A stretch of 62,484 bases of DNA, the filler included, from Myxococcota bacterium (lineage in GTDB: Bacteria; Myxococcota_C; UBA6777): NCBI GenBank assembly GCA_023150835.1. It is 3 parts of 3 records of this genome, joined end to end, with 100 filler letters (N's around TTAATTAATTAA, not from the genome) between each part and the next. Parts side by side here need not be neighbours in the genome. Positions count along the whole stretch, not along the records: positions 1 to 29,948 come from JAKLKB010000080.1; positions 30,049 to 59,974 come from JAKLKB010000081.1; 1 more part is not named here. One strand, 5' to 3'. The position numbers and the translations under genes were made by a program. The stretch's first letter is position 1. Every line of letters starts with the position of its first letter. The notes beneath the pieces were generated by a model. The model was not told the DNA's origin. It did not search any database and worked only from the letters and a program-made list of their open reading frames with translations. Of this stretch, positions 29,687 to 39,693 are shown one piece after another.

Positions 29687-29948
29687 GTGTTTTGGGGAGG
29701 GCGAAAAGTGGTCGTACGGGGGGACGGTGTGCTTTTGGGAGGGCGAAAAGTGGTTGTACGGGGGTACGGTGTGTTTTTGGGAGGGCGAAAAGTGGTCGTA
29801 CGGGGGTACGGTGTGTTTTTGGGAGGGCAAAAAGTGGTTGTACGGGGGTACGGTGTGTTTTTGGGAGGGCAAAAAGTGGTTGTACGGGGGTACGGTGTGT
29901 TTTTGGGAGGGCAAAAAGTGGTTGTACGGGGGTACGGTGTGTTTTTGG
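29687..29948 (+). repeat. 42-bp tandem repeat, 6+ copies, truncated by contig end
   Basis: gggagggc(g/a)aaaagtggt(c/t)gtacgggggtacggtgtgttttt units at 29695, 29737, 29779, 29821, 29863, 29905. Confidence 0.95.
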
Positions 29949-30048
29949 NNNNNNNNNNNNNNNNNNNNNNNNNNNNNNNNNNNNNNNNNNNNTTAATTAA
30001 TTAANNNNNNNNNNNNNNNNNNNNNNNNNNNNNNNNNNNNNNNNNNNN
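29949..30048. other. Artificial contig linker
   Basis: N44-TTAATTAATTAA-N44 (stop codons in all six frames). Confidence 0.98.
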
Positions 30049-30237
30049 GTGAACAGGGGAGGGAGCGAAAGTCGGAAGCAGCGGGGATTTTGTTTTTTCA
30101 TGACACACGCTGTATGCACGACGCGCAGACGCTGCCCGTTCCAACTTCCCCCCGTTCACGGGGGGATTGAGGGGGGGAGAAAAAAAAAAGGCGATCAAGA
30201 CCGACTCTACGAGGTTTCCACCTTAACAAGGCGCGTA
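30049..30237 (-). mobile_element. Family-C MITE end (TIR TACGCGCCTTGTTAA), truncated by contig end
   Basis: TTAACAAGGCGCGTA at 30223-30237; region is a close reverse complement of 59798-59974. Confidence 0.8.
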
Positions 30238-30395
30238 TGGGGCAGCGCCCCACAAAACAAGCGCACAAAACAAGCGCACAAAACAAGCGCGCTCTTGATC
30301 TGAGAGGGCGCTTTGGAGATGGTGTGGGGTGGATGCGTTTGCGATGGTTGTCGGCGCGTTGCGAGTGTTGCGGTTGTCGTTTGGTGGAGGGTGCG

Positions 30396-31556
30396 ATGTT
30401 TGAAGACCCCTTGGTTCGGCCTTTTTTGGATGATTCTCATGCGCAGTTTTATCAAAACTGTTTGCGCTTTACACGCGAAGAGATCACGCCGCATGCGTAC
30501 GCATGGGAAGAGGCAGAGATCTTTCCGCGTGAACTGTACGAAAAAGCGGCAGATGCGGGGCTTTTAGGGGCTTCGATGCCTGAAGCTTATGGCGGCGGCG
30601 GGGGTGATATCTTCCATCTGATCCTGTTTTGTGAAGCAGGGCTTTGGGCGGGAACCACAGGCGTTTTGGTGGGACTTGGGAGTATGGAGATCGCACTCCC
30701 GCCGATCTTGGCCTTGGGAACGGAGGAACAGAAGAGGCGTTGGGTTCCTCCTGTGTTGCGTGGAAAACAGATCGCTGCATTGGGCGTGACGGAGCCCAAC
30801 ACAGGCTCGGATGTCGCAAGCGTCCAGACGCGGGCGATCCGTGACGGAGAAAGCTACGTCCTCAACGGCTCCAAGATGTTTATTACCAGCGGTGTTCGTG
30901 CAGATATCGTGACGGTCTTGGCTCGAACCAGCGAGGATCCACACGGCGGGTTGTCGTTCTTTGTGGTGGAGAAAGGTACGCCGGGTTTTTCCACTTCCCA
31001 AGGACTCAAAAAAATGGGGTGGCGTGCGAGTGATACGGCGATCTTGACGTTTGAAGATTGTCGTATTCCGATCGAAAATCGCCTTGGTGACGAAGGGATG
31101 GGGTTCTTGGCCTTGATGCAGAACTTCGAGCGAGAGCGCTTGTTGTTGGCGGTGTATGGACACGCCTCTGCCGAAGTGGCGCTTGCGGAGGCCGAGCGTT
31201 ATGCACGCGAGCGTGCGGCTTTTGGTCGCTCGATCATGGGTTTTCAGGTGACGCGGCACAAACTCGCCCGTATGGCAACCCTCGCCCGCGCTTGCAAAGC
31301 CCTGAATTATCAAGTCGCCGACGCCATGCGGCGCGGTGAGTCGGTTTTGGAGCAGGTCTGCGCGGCCAAAAACTTTGCGTGCGATGTTGCGCTTGAAGTG
31401 TGTGATCATGCGGTGCAGATCTTCGGAGGGATGGGCTATATGCGCGAAAGCATCGTCGAGCGTTTGTATCGCGATGTTCGTTTGTTGCCGATCGGCGGCG
31501 GAACTTCGGAGATCATGAACGAGATCATCGCAAAGCTCCGAGGGTACGGGCGTTAA
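30396..31556 (+). CDS. Acyl-CoA dehydrogenase
   Basis: TEPNTGSD, LNGSKMFITSG, KKMGWRASDT, RAAFG..I..FQ, QIFGGMGY, IGGGTSEIM; GGAGG RBS before ATG 30396. Confidence 0.95.
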   Translation: MFEDPLVRPFLDDSHAQFYQNCLRFTREEITPHAYAWEEAEIFPRELYEKAADAGLLGASMPEAYGGGGGDIFHLILFCEAGLWAGTTGVLVGLGSMEIALPPILALGTEEQKRRWVPPVLRGKQIAALGVTEPNTGSDVASVQTRAIRDGESYVLNGSKMFITSGVRADIVTVLARTSEDPHGGLSFFVVEKGTPGFSTSQGLKKMGWRASDTAILTFEDCRIPIENRLGDEGMGFLALMQNFERERLLLAVYGHASAEVALAEAERYARERAAFGRSIMGFQVTRHKLARMATLARACKALNYQVADAMRRGESVLEQVCAAKNFACDVALEVCDHAVQIFGGMGYMRESIVERLYRDVRLLPIGGGTSEIMNEIIAKLRGYGR

Positions 31557-31606
31557 TCTTTTACAGGATGTATGCGGCTGTAGGGTGTTTGTGGGGTTTC
31601 ACCCCA

Positions 31607-31945
31607 TACGCGCCTTGTTAATGCGGAAATACCGGAGAGTCGAAGATGATCGCTCTTTCTTTTGTCGGCCCCCCTCATTCCCCCCGGCCAACGGGGGGAA
31701 GTTGGAGAATGGCATGAGTTGGTCCAAGTGTTCGCGAACCGCCCGTGTATCGGGACATCGAGCAGCGGACGGACACGCTCACACAATAACAGAAGTTTGT
31801 ATGAGCAGTTGTTCGAGCAAGCAACATCCGCTTTTTTGCGTTTTGTTTGCCTTTTTACGTACAAACGTGCTGTCTTTCCGACAGCACAGACGAAGTGTCC
31901 GAGTGTTCGGGGTGGGGGGCCAACCATCGCTTAACAAGCCGCGTA
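31607..31945. mobile_element. Complete family-C MITE
   Basis: TACGCGCCTTGTTAA ... TTAACAAGCCGCGTA (14/15 TIR), flanked on both sides by GGGG-Nn-CCCC hairpins. Confidence 0.8.
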
Positions 31946-32067
31946 TGGGGGTTCACCCCACACCCCACAAGGGAGCTTTGCCCCCTTGACCCTGTATCGG
32001 CGGAGCGATCAGACGTTTTTCAAACCGACGACGGCTCCGCTTGAAGTCGCTCGAACACGGGGGATTT
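31946..32067 (-). repeat. Dispersed repeat R1 copy
   Basis: ccccacaaggg...ccccttgaccc...ccgcttgaagtcgctcgaacacgggg is the reverse complement of R1. Confidence 0.75.
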
Positions 32068-32099
32068 CAAGTCTTCTGTCCTTCGCGCAAAAAAAAGCC

Positions 32100-33914
32100 C
32101 TAGTCTTTCATATCCTCACGCAGAAAGAATTTGTGGCGGTAGATCCGCGCTAACTCCGAGGTGAGCACCGAAAGCGAGCAGTCACCGTCATAATCGGTGT
32201 GCGTGGTCAACAAGATCAATCGCGATGCCCAACCTTGCGCATCAGTGCGATCTCGCCCCGTTTCGCTGTAGCGGTAGGGAGGGCGGTTGGGAAATCCCGC
32301 AGAGCGCAGAGTGCATTCCTTGATCCAACGGTAGCCTCGACGAGGGAGGCGGGTTTGGACATGCACCACCACCGCGACCTGACGGGCTTTTGGGGTGCGC
32401 TTGTACCAACGCGAAAAGAAACGGATGTGGTTGCGCTGGCCGTCCCCGTCTTCGCGTGGAAAATGGATCCTCTTTTCTTGACGCACCATGCCGATCTGTA
32501 CCGCAAAACTGCACACACCTTTTTCGTCTGGGCGGCTGTAAGCCACGGTCGTTCGGCCATACCAGCCATAACCCGCCATCTGCTTGCTTTTGTCGTGCGT
32601 CGTCAGCCGTTGCTTGCCGCCGCGTGTGAATGTGCATTGACGACTCCAACGGATCTTTTGATACGGCTCACCAAACGCATGGAAACTCATGATGTAGCGG
32701 TGATCTCCGTCCCACCATCCATCAAAAAAAGCCGTCGGGCGGGTGATGATATCGGAGGACCATTGGCTCGGATGGCCGGGCGGGACTTTCGAAGGCTCGG
32801 TTGCGCTCCCTTGGTTATCTCGATCTCCGATGGGGGGCGGCTGCGTGGGCGGAACTTGTGCAATACGCGGATCGGTGGGCGCAATACGCGGATCGGTGGG
32901 CGCAATACGCGGATCGGCGGGTGGAGCGGAGGGGGGATGCGAAGAGTGCGGAGAATGGGCGTCTTGCGCCATAGGCGAAAGCGCGAGTGTTTGAGGCGGG
33001 AGGCCAAGTGTTTTTCGTGCGTGTTGGCAGTACTTTATTGTTTGCGAAGTAAAGGGGGCATGTGCGAGTCGCAAAGCGCCTTGAATCGGCGCTTTGTGAA
33101 GCACCTGCGCCAGTAGGTACGGTTTCTCCAGAAGGAGATGCCGCGACGGGCGCGCAGAACAGGTGTTTTCGCAGCGTTGGTAAGGCGTGCAGATGCCTTC
33201 TCGGGGTGTCGGCGATTGGCTCTCTCCAGCGCCTCGCCCTTCGCAACGTTGGCGTTGTTGGAGGTAGAGATGGCCGTCTTGGATCGTCCATTGTCCGTAA
33301 GCCGTCTGGGCGCAGCAGCTTCCGTCGGGTGAGCCTGTCTTTGTCGAAAGCGCGTAAAGTCGATCTTGGCAAAAGCTGTAGGTGCGGTGATCTTCGATCA
33401 GTTGGTAAGACAACAGGCCGACCCATGCGCGTTCTAAGGCGCGATCGAGGTGTTGTGTGATCCGCCCTTGATTGGCTTTCTCTTGCGCGGATAGACGGGA
33501 GGTTGCGTCTTTTTCAGTTCCTTTGTACCACGCAAACCGCGAAAAATGCTGTTGTAACCAAGGCTCCAAAAAACGCTGTTGGTGGTGAGCAAGATAACTC
33601 TGTTGGGCAAGATAGAGCGTGCGGGCATCCAACCCCGCAAGCTGCGTTTCTGAGACAAGCGATCGAAGGGCTGAAAGCTCGCCTTGTTCGATCGCTTGAG
33701 CGAACTGTTGCGCTGCATTTGTGGGGCGCGGCGTATCGATCGGCGTTTGGAATAGATCTGTTGGTGGGACGAGCGGTTGTTGCGCTTGCGGCGGAGGTGT
33801 CGGAGGCTGTGTCGATCTTTGGCATCCCCAAAGCCCCATCCCTCCCCACCATCCGCAACATACCAAAAGCGCGTACGCACAACGCATTGCTGTTTTTCTG
33901 CTTTTTCTCTTCAT
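32100..33914 (-). CDS. Hypothetical Cys-containing lipoprotein with DPRIAPT repeats and duplicated C-terminal domain
   Basis: 604-aa ORF, lipobox-like LWGC; 21-bp repeats at ~32860-32918; two W..xC...GW..R...G.CS units. Confidence 0.7.
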   Translation of the reverse strand: MKRKSRKTAMRCAYALLVCCGWWGGMGLWGCQRSTQPPTPPPQAQQPLVPPTDLFQTPIDTPRPTNAAQQFAQAIEQGELSALRSLVSETQLAGLDARTLYLAQQSYLAHHQQRFLEPWLQQHFSRFAWYKGTEKDATSRLSAQEKANQGRITQHLDRALERAWVGLLSYQLIEDHRTYSFCQDRLYALSTKTGSPDGSCCAQTAYGQWTIQDGHLYLQQRQRCEGRGAGESQSPTPREGICTPYQRCENTCSARPSRHLLLEKPYLLAQVLHKAPIQGALRLAHAPFTSQTIKYCQHARKTLGLPPQTLALSPMAQDAHSPHSSHPPSAPPADPRIAPTDPRIAPTDPRIAQVPPTQPPPIGDRDNQGSATEPSKVPPGHPSQWSSDIITRPTAFFDGWWDGDHRYIMSFHAFGEPYQKIRWSRQCTFTRGGKQRLTTHDKSKQMAGYGWYGRTTVAYSRPDEKGVCSFAVQIGMVRQEKRIHFPREDGDGQRNHIRFFSRWYKRTPKARQVAVVVHVQTRLPRRGYRWIKECTLRSAGFPNRPPYRYSETGRDRTDAQGWASRLILLTTHTDYDGDCSLSVLTSELARIYRHKFFLREDMKD

Positions 33915-34079
33915 CGTTTCGATGGCTCCTTGTTGTCGAGCAGTCTGCTGGTTTGGATGCTTTTAGCACAAACGATCGACAAACCCAAAGGCCCTACCGT
34001 TGTTTTCGTGATCGATCGAGGTTTGCCTTGATCGATGATCTTTTTGCGGATCATCGCTTTGGGCTGGCTTGATCCAGTA

Positions 34080-34232
34080 ATGTGCATATTATGGTTTTAT
34101 GCAATATGTATAATGGCTTGATTTCTTTGAAAAATCAAAAAAAGAAAGAATAAGTGTTTGACAGAAAGCGTCTTGTCCTCTAGTTTGGGCCAACCAAACA
34201 GGGAAACGCGCATATTTTGCATAATATGCAAA
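34080..34232 (+). promoter_or_regulatory. Probable ARG-box-like operators and AT-rich promoter upstream of argR operon
   Basis: Palindrome TTTGCATAATATGCAAA just before the RBS; GCATATT and ATGCAAT half-sites at 34083-34105; AT-rich island. Core is 1 bp shorter than the E. coli consensus. Confidence 0.55.
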
Positions 34233-34239
34233 GGAAACC

Positions 34240-34668
34240 ATGAAAAAGAAAGATCGGCAAGCCAAGATCATGGAATTGATTCGGACCGAACGGATCACCA
34301 GTCAGCATCAGTTGTTGGAGCGTTTACAGGCGATCGGCGTGGATGCCAATCAGTCGAGTATCTCGCGTGATCTGACGGAGATGATGATCGAGAAAGCCGA
34401 CGGTATGTATCAATTGCCTGTGCGCAATCGGACTTCTTCGGTCGCCTTGATCGAGGTTTCGAGCATTGAGCCTGTCGGCGATCATCTGATCGTGATGAAA
34501 ACGCCCGTAGGCCAAGCGCAGCTTGCAGGAGTCCACATCGATCGGCTGAAACTGGCAGATCTTGTTGGAACAGTCGCAGGAGACGACACGATCTTTATCG
34601 CGGTGCGCGATCGCACAGGCCAACAGCGCGTCATCCGCCAAGTGCTGGCGCTGTTTCGTGGTGACTGA
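34240..34668 (+). CDS. argR: Arginine repressor
   Basis: RQAKIMELI...SQHQL...NQSSISRDL; GTVAGDDTIFI. Confidence 0.95.
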   Translation: MKKKDRQAKIMELIRTERITSQHQLLERLQAIGVDANQSSISRDLTEMMIEKADGMYQLPVRNRTSSVALIEVSSIEPVGDHLIVMKTPVGQAQLAGVHIDRLKLADLVGTVAGDDTIFIAVRDRTGQQRVIRQVLALFRGD

Positions 34669-34766
34669 AACAAAAACGACAAACAAGACCAGACAGAGAG
34701 AAAAAGACGCAAGGTAAGAAGCGTCTGATCTTTGAGAGAGCGCAAGAAAGCGCAGGAAAAGGGAGA

Positions 34767-35867
34767 ATGGTGATGGATATCGGTGTTCAAACAGAAGCAG
34801 TGCAAGGGATGACTTCTTCACTCTTTGGGCAAGAAGTAGAGGTGCGTTGGTTGGCCTCTGCGACCAAAAATCTGGGTGTGGATCGTCGTTTGCGTGTGAT
34901 GGCACCGATTCATCCGCAGGTGGGCGATGTGGTGGTGGTACGGACGTTGACGGAGAGCGAAGTGTACAACCGTTTGGAACTTCGCAACGGGGAGACGGTG
35001 CGGTTGGGTCGGGGAGATATCTTTGCGGGGGTGTTGGGGCGACGCAAAGCGCTCAAGGGTTTTGTGGGCGATGTTCCGTCGTCTTTGGCGATCGGAGATC
35101 GGCTGCACATGCTGAATCAAGGCGGATTGATCGGCTTGTGTACAGGGCATTATCACGAACTCGGCGAGCCGATCGAGGTTGAAGTGCTGGGCGTGGTGGT
35201 GCATGGAGAGCGGGTGTTGAATCTACGCGACTATGCGCTGCGTCCGATGGCTTCGTTGCCGACGTGCGCGCCGATCGTGATCATCGCAGGAGCTTGTATG
35301 CACTCGGGCAAGACGCAAGTGGCGGCCTCGCTGATCCAAGGGTTGACGGGCAAAGGATACCGCGTGGCGGGTGCGAAGCTTTCGGGTGTGGCGTGTTTGC
35401 GCGATACGCTCAAGATGGAGGCCCAAGGGGCGTTTCAGACGCTGAGCTTTTTGGATTGTGGGCATCCTTCGACGGTGGGTGTGGAGGATCTGACTTCTGT
35501 GGCACGCGATATCGTGGGTCATCTGAGCTTGCAAAACCCCGATCTGATCGTGATGGAGTTGGGGGATGGTTTGTTGGGTGGGTATCGCGTCGATACCGTC
35601 TTTGAGGATGCCGAACTGATGAAGCATTGCGCAGCGGTGGTGTTTTGTGCAAACGACTTTGTCGGAGCATGGGGCGGAATCCATCTTTTGCAAAAAAAAG
35701 GCGTGGGCATCGACGTGATCGCGGGTTCAGCAACGGATAGCCCGATGGGTGTAGAGTATATCGAGCGCGAGTTGGGCGTTTCCGCCGCCAACGCATTGAC
35801 TCAAGCCGAGATGTTGGTCCAGAAAGTCGAAGACAAGATCAAGCAAACGATGCCACAGGCCGCGTGA
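34767..35867 (+). CDS. DUF1611/DgcN-like P-loop protein within arg operon
   Basis: GACMHSGKT, GAKLSGVACLRD, FLDCGHPST, MELGDG motifs resemble the DUF1611 family. Confidence 0.65.
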   Translation: MVMDIGVQTEAVQGMTSSLFGQEVEVRWLASATKNLGVDRRLRVMAPIHPQVGDVVVVRTLTESEVYNRLELRNGETVRLGRGDIFAGVLGRRKALKGFVGDVPSSLAIGDRLHMLNQGGLIGLCTGHYHELGEPIEVEVLGVVVHGERVLNLRDYALRPMASLPTCAPIVIIAGACMHSGKTQVAASLIQGLTGKGYRVAGAKLSGVACLRDTLKMEAQGAFQTLSFLDCGHPSTVGVEDLTSVARDIVGHLSLQNPDLIVMELGDGLLGGYRVDTVFEDAELMKHCAAVVFCANDFVGAWGGIHLLQKKGVGIDVIAGSATDSPMGVEYIERELGVSAANALTQAEMLVQKVEDKIKQTMPQAA

Positions 35868-35892
35868 TCAGACAAAAACATGGTAGAAGGCA

Positions 35893-36927
35893 ATGAGCGA
35901 AAAGCGGAAGATCGGGATCGCAGGAGCTTCGGGGTACGGTGGGGGCGAGTTGTTGCGGTTGTTGTATGGGCATCCCTTTGTGGAGGTTGTGTGGGTGACT
36001 GCGCACCAGCAGGCAGGGCAGCGTGTTGATGCGATTCATCCGCATCTGCGGGGGTTTTGTGATCTGGTTTGTGTGGACACCTCGGCGAATCCAGCGTGGG
36101 ACTCGTTGGATCTGTTGTTTATGGCTTTGCCGCATGGTGAGAGTCCGCGTCTGGTGTCGAAGCTACCGGCTTCTTTGCGTGTGGTGGACTTGGCGGGTGA
36201 TTTTCGGCTGCGGGATGCCGCCTTGTATCGGAAGTTTTATGGTGGCGAGCACGCTTGCTTTGCGTCGCAAAAAGACTTTGTGTACGGCCTGACAGAACTC
36301 CAACGCGAAGCGGTGCAAAAGGCTCATCGGATCGCCAACCCGGGCTGTTTTGCGACGGCGATCTTGTTGGGATTGGGTCCATTGATCGCAGAAGATATCA
36401 CCACAGGGACGATCATCGTGGACGCAAAGACGGGATCTTCGGGATCGGGCGCGCAAGCCAAAGCTGGAACACATCACCCCACACGAGATGCTTCGTTTCA
36501 TGCGTACAAATCTTTTGAACACCAACACGTCCCCGAGATCAAACAACTGCTGTATGACTTGAATCCACGATGGGACGGGGGATTTGTGTTTCAGCCTCAT
36601 TCGGCTCCGATGGTGCGGGGGATCTTTGCATCTTGTTATGTGACGTTGCGTGAGGCATGGTCATCTTCGGCCATCCAAAACCTTTACAACAAAGCCTACG
36701 GGACAAGTCCTTTTGTGCGGCTGGTTCAAGGTTCGCCGAACGTCTTGTGGGTGCGCGGAAGCAATTTTGCGGATCTTGGATTCGTCGTCGAAGATCGCCA
36801 ATTGATCGTGTTTGTGGCCATCGACAACCTTGTCAAAGGCGCGTCGGGACAAGCCATTCAAAATATGAATCTGCTTTTCGGTTGGCCCGAACAGACGGGG
36901 CTTTTGATCCCGGGAGCGTGCCCCTAA
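35893..36927 (+). CDS. argC: N-acetyl-gamma-glutamyl-phosphate reductase
   Basis: GASGYGGGEL, ALPHG, DLAGDFRL, YGLTE, IANPGCFAT, DNLVKGASGQAIQNMN. Confidence 0.96.
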   Translation: MSEKRKIGIAGASGYGGGELLRLLYGHPFVEVVWVTAHQQAGQRVDAIHPHLRGFCDLVCVDTSANPAWDSLDLLFMALPHGESPRLVSKLPASLRVVDLAGDFRLRDAALYRKFYGGEHACFASQKDFVYGLTELQREAVQKAHRIANPGCFATAILLGLGPLIAEDITTGTIIVDAKTGSSGSGAQAKAGTHHPTRDASFHAYKSFEHQHVPEIKQLLYDLNPRWDGGFVFQPHSAPMVRGIFASCYVTLREAWSSSAIQNLYNKAYGTSPFVRLVQGSPNVLWVRGSNFADLGFVVEDRQLIVFVAIDNLVKGASGQAIQNMNLLFGWPEQTGLLIPGACP

Positions 36928-37036
36928 CAAGATGGGTCGTTGGCTCTTTTGGGGGTGTCCCGCGTGAAAGAGCCGAAGAGACGGTTCTTTTGCGGCGCGG
37001 TGCGTTTGGATATGCGCATCGTTGCGGAGAATTGAG

Positions 37037-38203
37037 ATGTACGATATCGTCGCCCAAGAAGAGCGTTATCAGCTCAAAACATACAAAAAATTTCCTTTTG
37101 CGATCGCCAAAGGCGAAGGATCGTGGGTGATCACCACAGAGGGGGAACGTTACCTCGATCTTTATGGCGGACACGCTGTGGTTTCGACAGGGCATTGCCA
37201 CCCACACGTCGTCAAAGCCATCCAAGATCAAGCCGCAACGCTGTTGTTTTACTCCAACCTCGTGTACCACGAAACCCGCGCAAAAGCCGCCGAGATGCTT
37301 GCAAAAGCCGCCCCCGAAGGGATGGATCACGTCTTCTTTATCAATTCGGGGGCAGAAGCCAACGACAACGCACTCAAGATCGCACGGCAGCTCACCAAGA
37401 AAAGCATGATCTTGAGCTTTGAAGGTGGCTTTCATGGCCGAACCATCGCGACCTTGAGCGCGACAGGGGTTCCCAAGTACCGCGATGCGATCGTGCCGCG
37501 CATGATGGAACATCTGTTTGCGCCTTTTGGCGATATCGAGGCCGTCGCAGCGTTGTTCGCCAAACATCCGATCGCAGGGGTGATGTTGGAGCCGATCCAG
37601 AGCATGGCGGGTGTGCGGATGGCCGAACCCTCTTTTTATCAAGGTCTGCGGGCGTTGTGCGATCAACACGATGCGCTGTTGATCTACGATGAAGTACAGA
37701 CGGGCTTTGGGCGAACAGGCGGGCAGATGTTCTTTGCGCCGCGTGCGGGGGTGGTTCCTGATCTGATCACGTTGGCGAAATCGATCGGAAGCGGCGTTCC
37801 GATGGGGGCTTTGCTGGTTCGTGATCGTTGTGCGGCGCAGATCCATTACGGCGATCTTGGAACGACTTTTGGTGGGGGGCCGCTGGCCTCGGCAGCGCTC
37901 AAAGCCACGCTCGAAGTGATCGAACAAGAAAACTTGCTCGATCATGTGGCCCGCGAAAGCGCTTATCTCACAGAACAATTGATCGGAATGGATGGCGTTG
38001 AAAAAGTCCTTGGGTTGGGCTTTTTGATGGGCGTCCGTTTTACAAAGCCCGCTGCACAGATCCAAAAACAATTGCTCGAACACAAGATCATCACAGGGCT
38101 GTCCGAAGATCCCCATGTGATGCGGCTTTTGCCTCCCTTGGTTCTGAAACGCGAAGAGATCGATCTGTTTCTTTCCGTGTTGATCCGTTGTCTTTCTGTT
38201 TGA
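37037..38203 (+). CDS. argD: Acetylornithine aminotransferase
   Basis: [49 protein letters not shown]; operon context. Confidence 0.93.
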   Translation: MYDIVAQEERYQLKTYKKFPFAIAKGEGSWVITTEGERYLDLYGGHAVVSTGHCHPHVVKAIQDQAATLLFYSNLVYHETRAKAAEMLAKAAPEGMDHVFFINSGAEANDNALKIARQLTKKSMILSFEGGFHGRTIATLSATGVPKYRDAIVPRMMEHLFAPFGDIEAVAALFAKHPIAGVMLEPIQSMAGVRMAEPSFYQGLRALCDQHDALLIYDEVQTGFGRTGGQMFFAPRAGVVPDLITLAKSIGSGVPMGALLVRDRCAAQIHYGDLGTTFGGGPLASAALKATLEVIEQENLLDHVARESAYLTEQLIGMDGVEKVLGLGFLMGVRFTKPAAQIQKQLLEHKIITGLSEDPHVMRLLPPLVLKREEIDLFLSVLIRCLSV

Positions 38204-38222
38204 AGTGCGGAGCCGATAAGCC

Positions 38223-39107
38223 TTGCAAGAACGTCTCGATCAAATCAAGCGGATCGCCCCGTTGGTGGCGCGTTTTCGTGGAAAAGTGTTTGTGGTTAAA
38301 CTGAGCGGTCGAGTGACCGAAGAGCCTGCGATCTGGTCGGCTCTGGCCGAAGATATCTGTGTCTGTGTCCAGATGGGCATACGCATCGTGATCTTGCACG
38401 GGGGCGGAAAGCAGATGGAGCAGATGGCTGCGGAACTTGGGATACCGCAACAAGTGATCAATGGTCGCCGCGTGACGGATGATGCGACGTTGCGGCTTGC
38501 GATGATGACTTTTGCAGGGAGCATCAACACGCAGATCTTGGGGACATTACAAGGCTTGGGCCTCTCAGCGGTCGGATTGTCGGGGGTGGACGCAGGGTTG
38601 GTGTTGGCAAGCAAGCGGCCTGTGCAACGCTTGGTGGATCGCGAAACAGGCGAAGAACGCGATGTAGACTTCGGTCATGTGGGCGATATCGAGTCGATTC
38701 AGCCCGCGCTGTTGCTGCATCTTTTAGAACGCGGTTATCTTCCTGTGATCGCCTCGTTGGGAGTCAGCCGAAAAGGCGAGATCCTCAACATCAACGCGGA
38801 CACGATCGCTTCGGAGATCGCGATCGCCTTGCAAGCGGACAAGCTGATCTTGTTGAGCAACACCGACGGCATCTATCGCGATCTCCACGATCCCCAAACT
38901 CGCATCCCTCGCCTCTCTCGCCAAGAAGCCGAAACCCTCTATTCCTCCCAAAGCATCGGCGCAGGCATGTTGCCCAAACTCAAATCCATCCTGTCCTTGT
39001 TGGAGCGAGGCGTGCAAAGCGCCCATCTGATCAATGGTTTGCGACCCAACGCGCTCTTGCAAGAGATCTTTACCGAAGAAGGTTCAGGCACTACGATTCA
39101 TCGCTAA
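38223..39107 (+). CDS. argB: Acetylglutamate kinase
   Basis: VVKLSG, LHGGG, GRRVTD, NINADT, GMLPK, EIFTEEGSGT. Confidence 0.94.
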   Translation: MQERLDQIKRIAPLVARFRGKVFVVKLSGRVTEEPAIWSALAEDICVCVQMGIRIVILHGGGKQMEQMAAELGIPQQVINGRRVTDDATLRLAMMTFAGSINTQILGTLQGLGLSAVGLSGVDAGLVLASKRPVQRLVDRETGEERDVDFGHVGDIESIQPALLLHLLERGYLPVIASLGVSRKGEILNINADTIASEIAIALQADKLILLSNTDGIYRDLHDPQTRIPRLSRQEAETLYSSQSIGAGMLPKLKSILSLLERGVQSAHLINGLRPNALLQEIFTEEGSGTTIHR

Positions 39108-39112
39108 CGACA

Positions 39113-39552
39113 AAAACCCCCGCGTTCGCATCCGCTCAAGCGAGAGAGTCGTTGGTATGAAAAACGGTGTTCTGTTCGCCCCTCACGGGGTCAAGGGGCG
39201 ACAGTCCCTTGCCTTACAAGGGTACAAATTGCGTGGCACTCACCCCGTCGCTTCGCGCCACCCCTCTCCCTGCGACGCTCGCAAAGCCTCGCTGCTGCCG
39301 TGAGGGGAAAGCACAGGGCCATCCAAGCGTCGGCGCACGAATCGGAGTCTTCGGCGAAGCGAAAGCAGACTGCTGCCGTGAGGGGAAAGCACAGGGCCAT
39401 CCAAGCGACCGCAGCAACCACAGGCGCGATACAAACATGGCAAGCGGGGAGGGCAGGGGACCGAGGGGTAAGAACACCGCGAATCCTCTGCCTATTTCGC
39501 GTTTTGTACCCCTGTAAGCAGTCCCTTGCGGGGTCTGGGGTGACACCCCACA
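39113..39552 (+). repeat. R1 repeat interrupted by a family-D MITE
   Basis: R1 5' part at 39113-39212 and 3' part at 39519-39552. Confidence 0.75.
39213..39518. mobile_element. Family-D MITE (306 bp) with 11-bp target-site duplication
   Basis: TIR CTTACAAGGGTACAAA / TTTGTACCCCTGTAAG (15/16); CAGTCCCTTGC at 39202-39212 and 39519-39529; internal ~38-bp direct repeat. Confidence 0.9.
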
Positions 39553-39693
39553 AAAACCATGTACCAAGGGCAAAAAAAACGATGCTGCGTTGCGCGTCTT
39601 GTACGGGGGGTGACAGGGCAGGGGCGCTTGGTGTAATGTGGGCCGTTCGTGCCATCGCGCACGTTGGAATCAACTTGTAGGAGCAAATGCCCG

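Noticed and set aside
29687-29948. 42-bp array as a CRISPR array
   Set aside because: Units are contiguous with no unique spacers.
29949-30048. TTAATTAATTAA palindrome within N runs (also 59975-60074)
   Set aside because: Synthetic contig-joining linker; genes on either side cannot be assumed to be neighbours.
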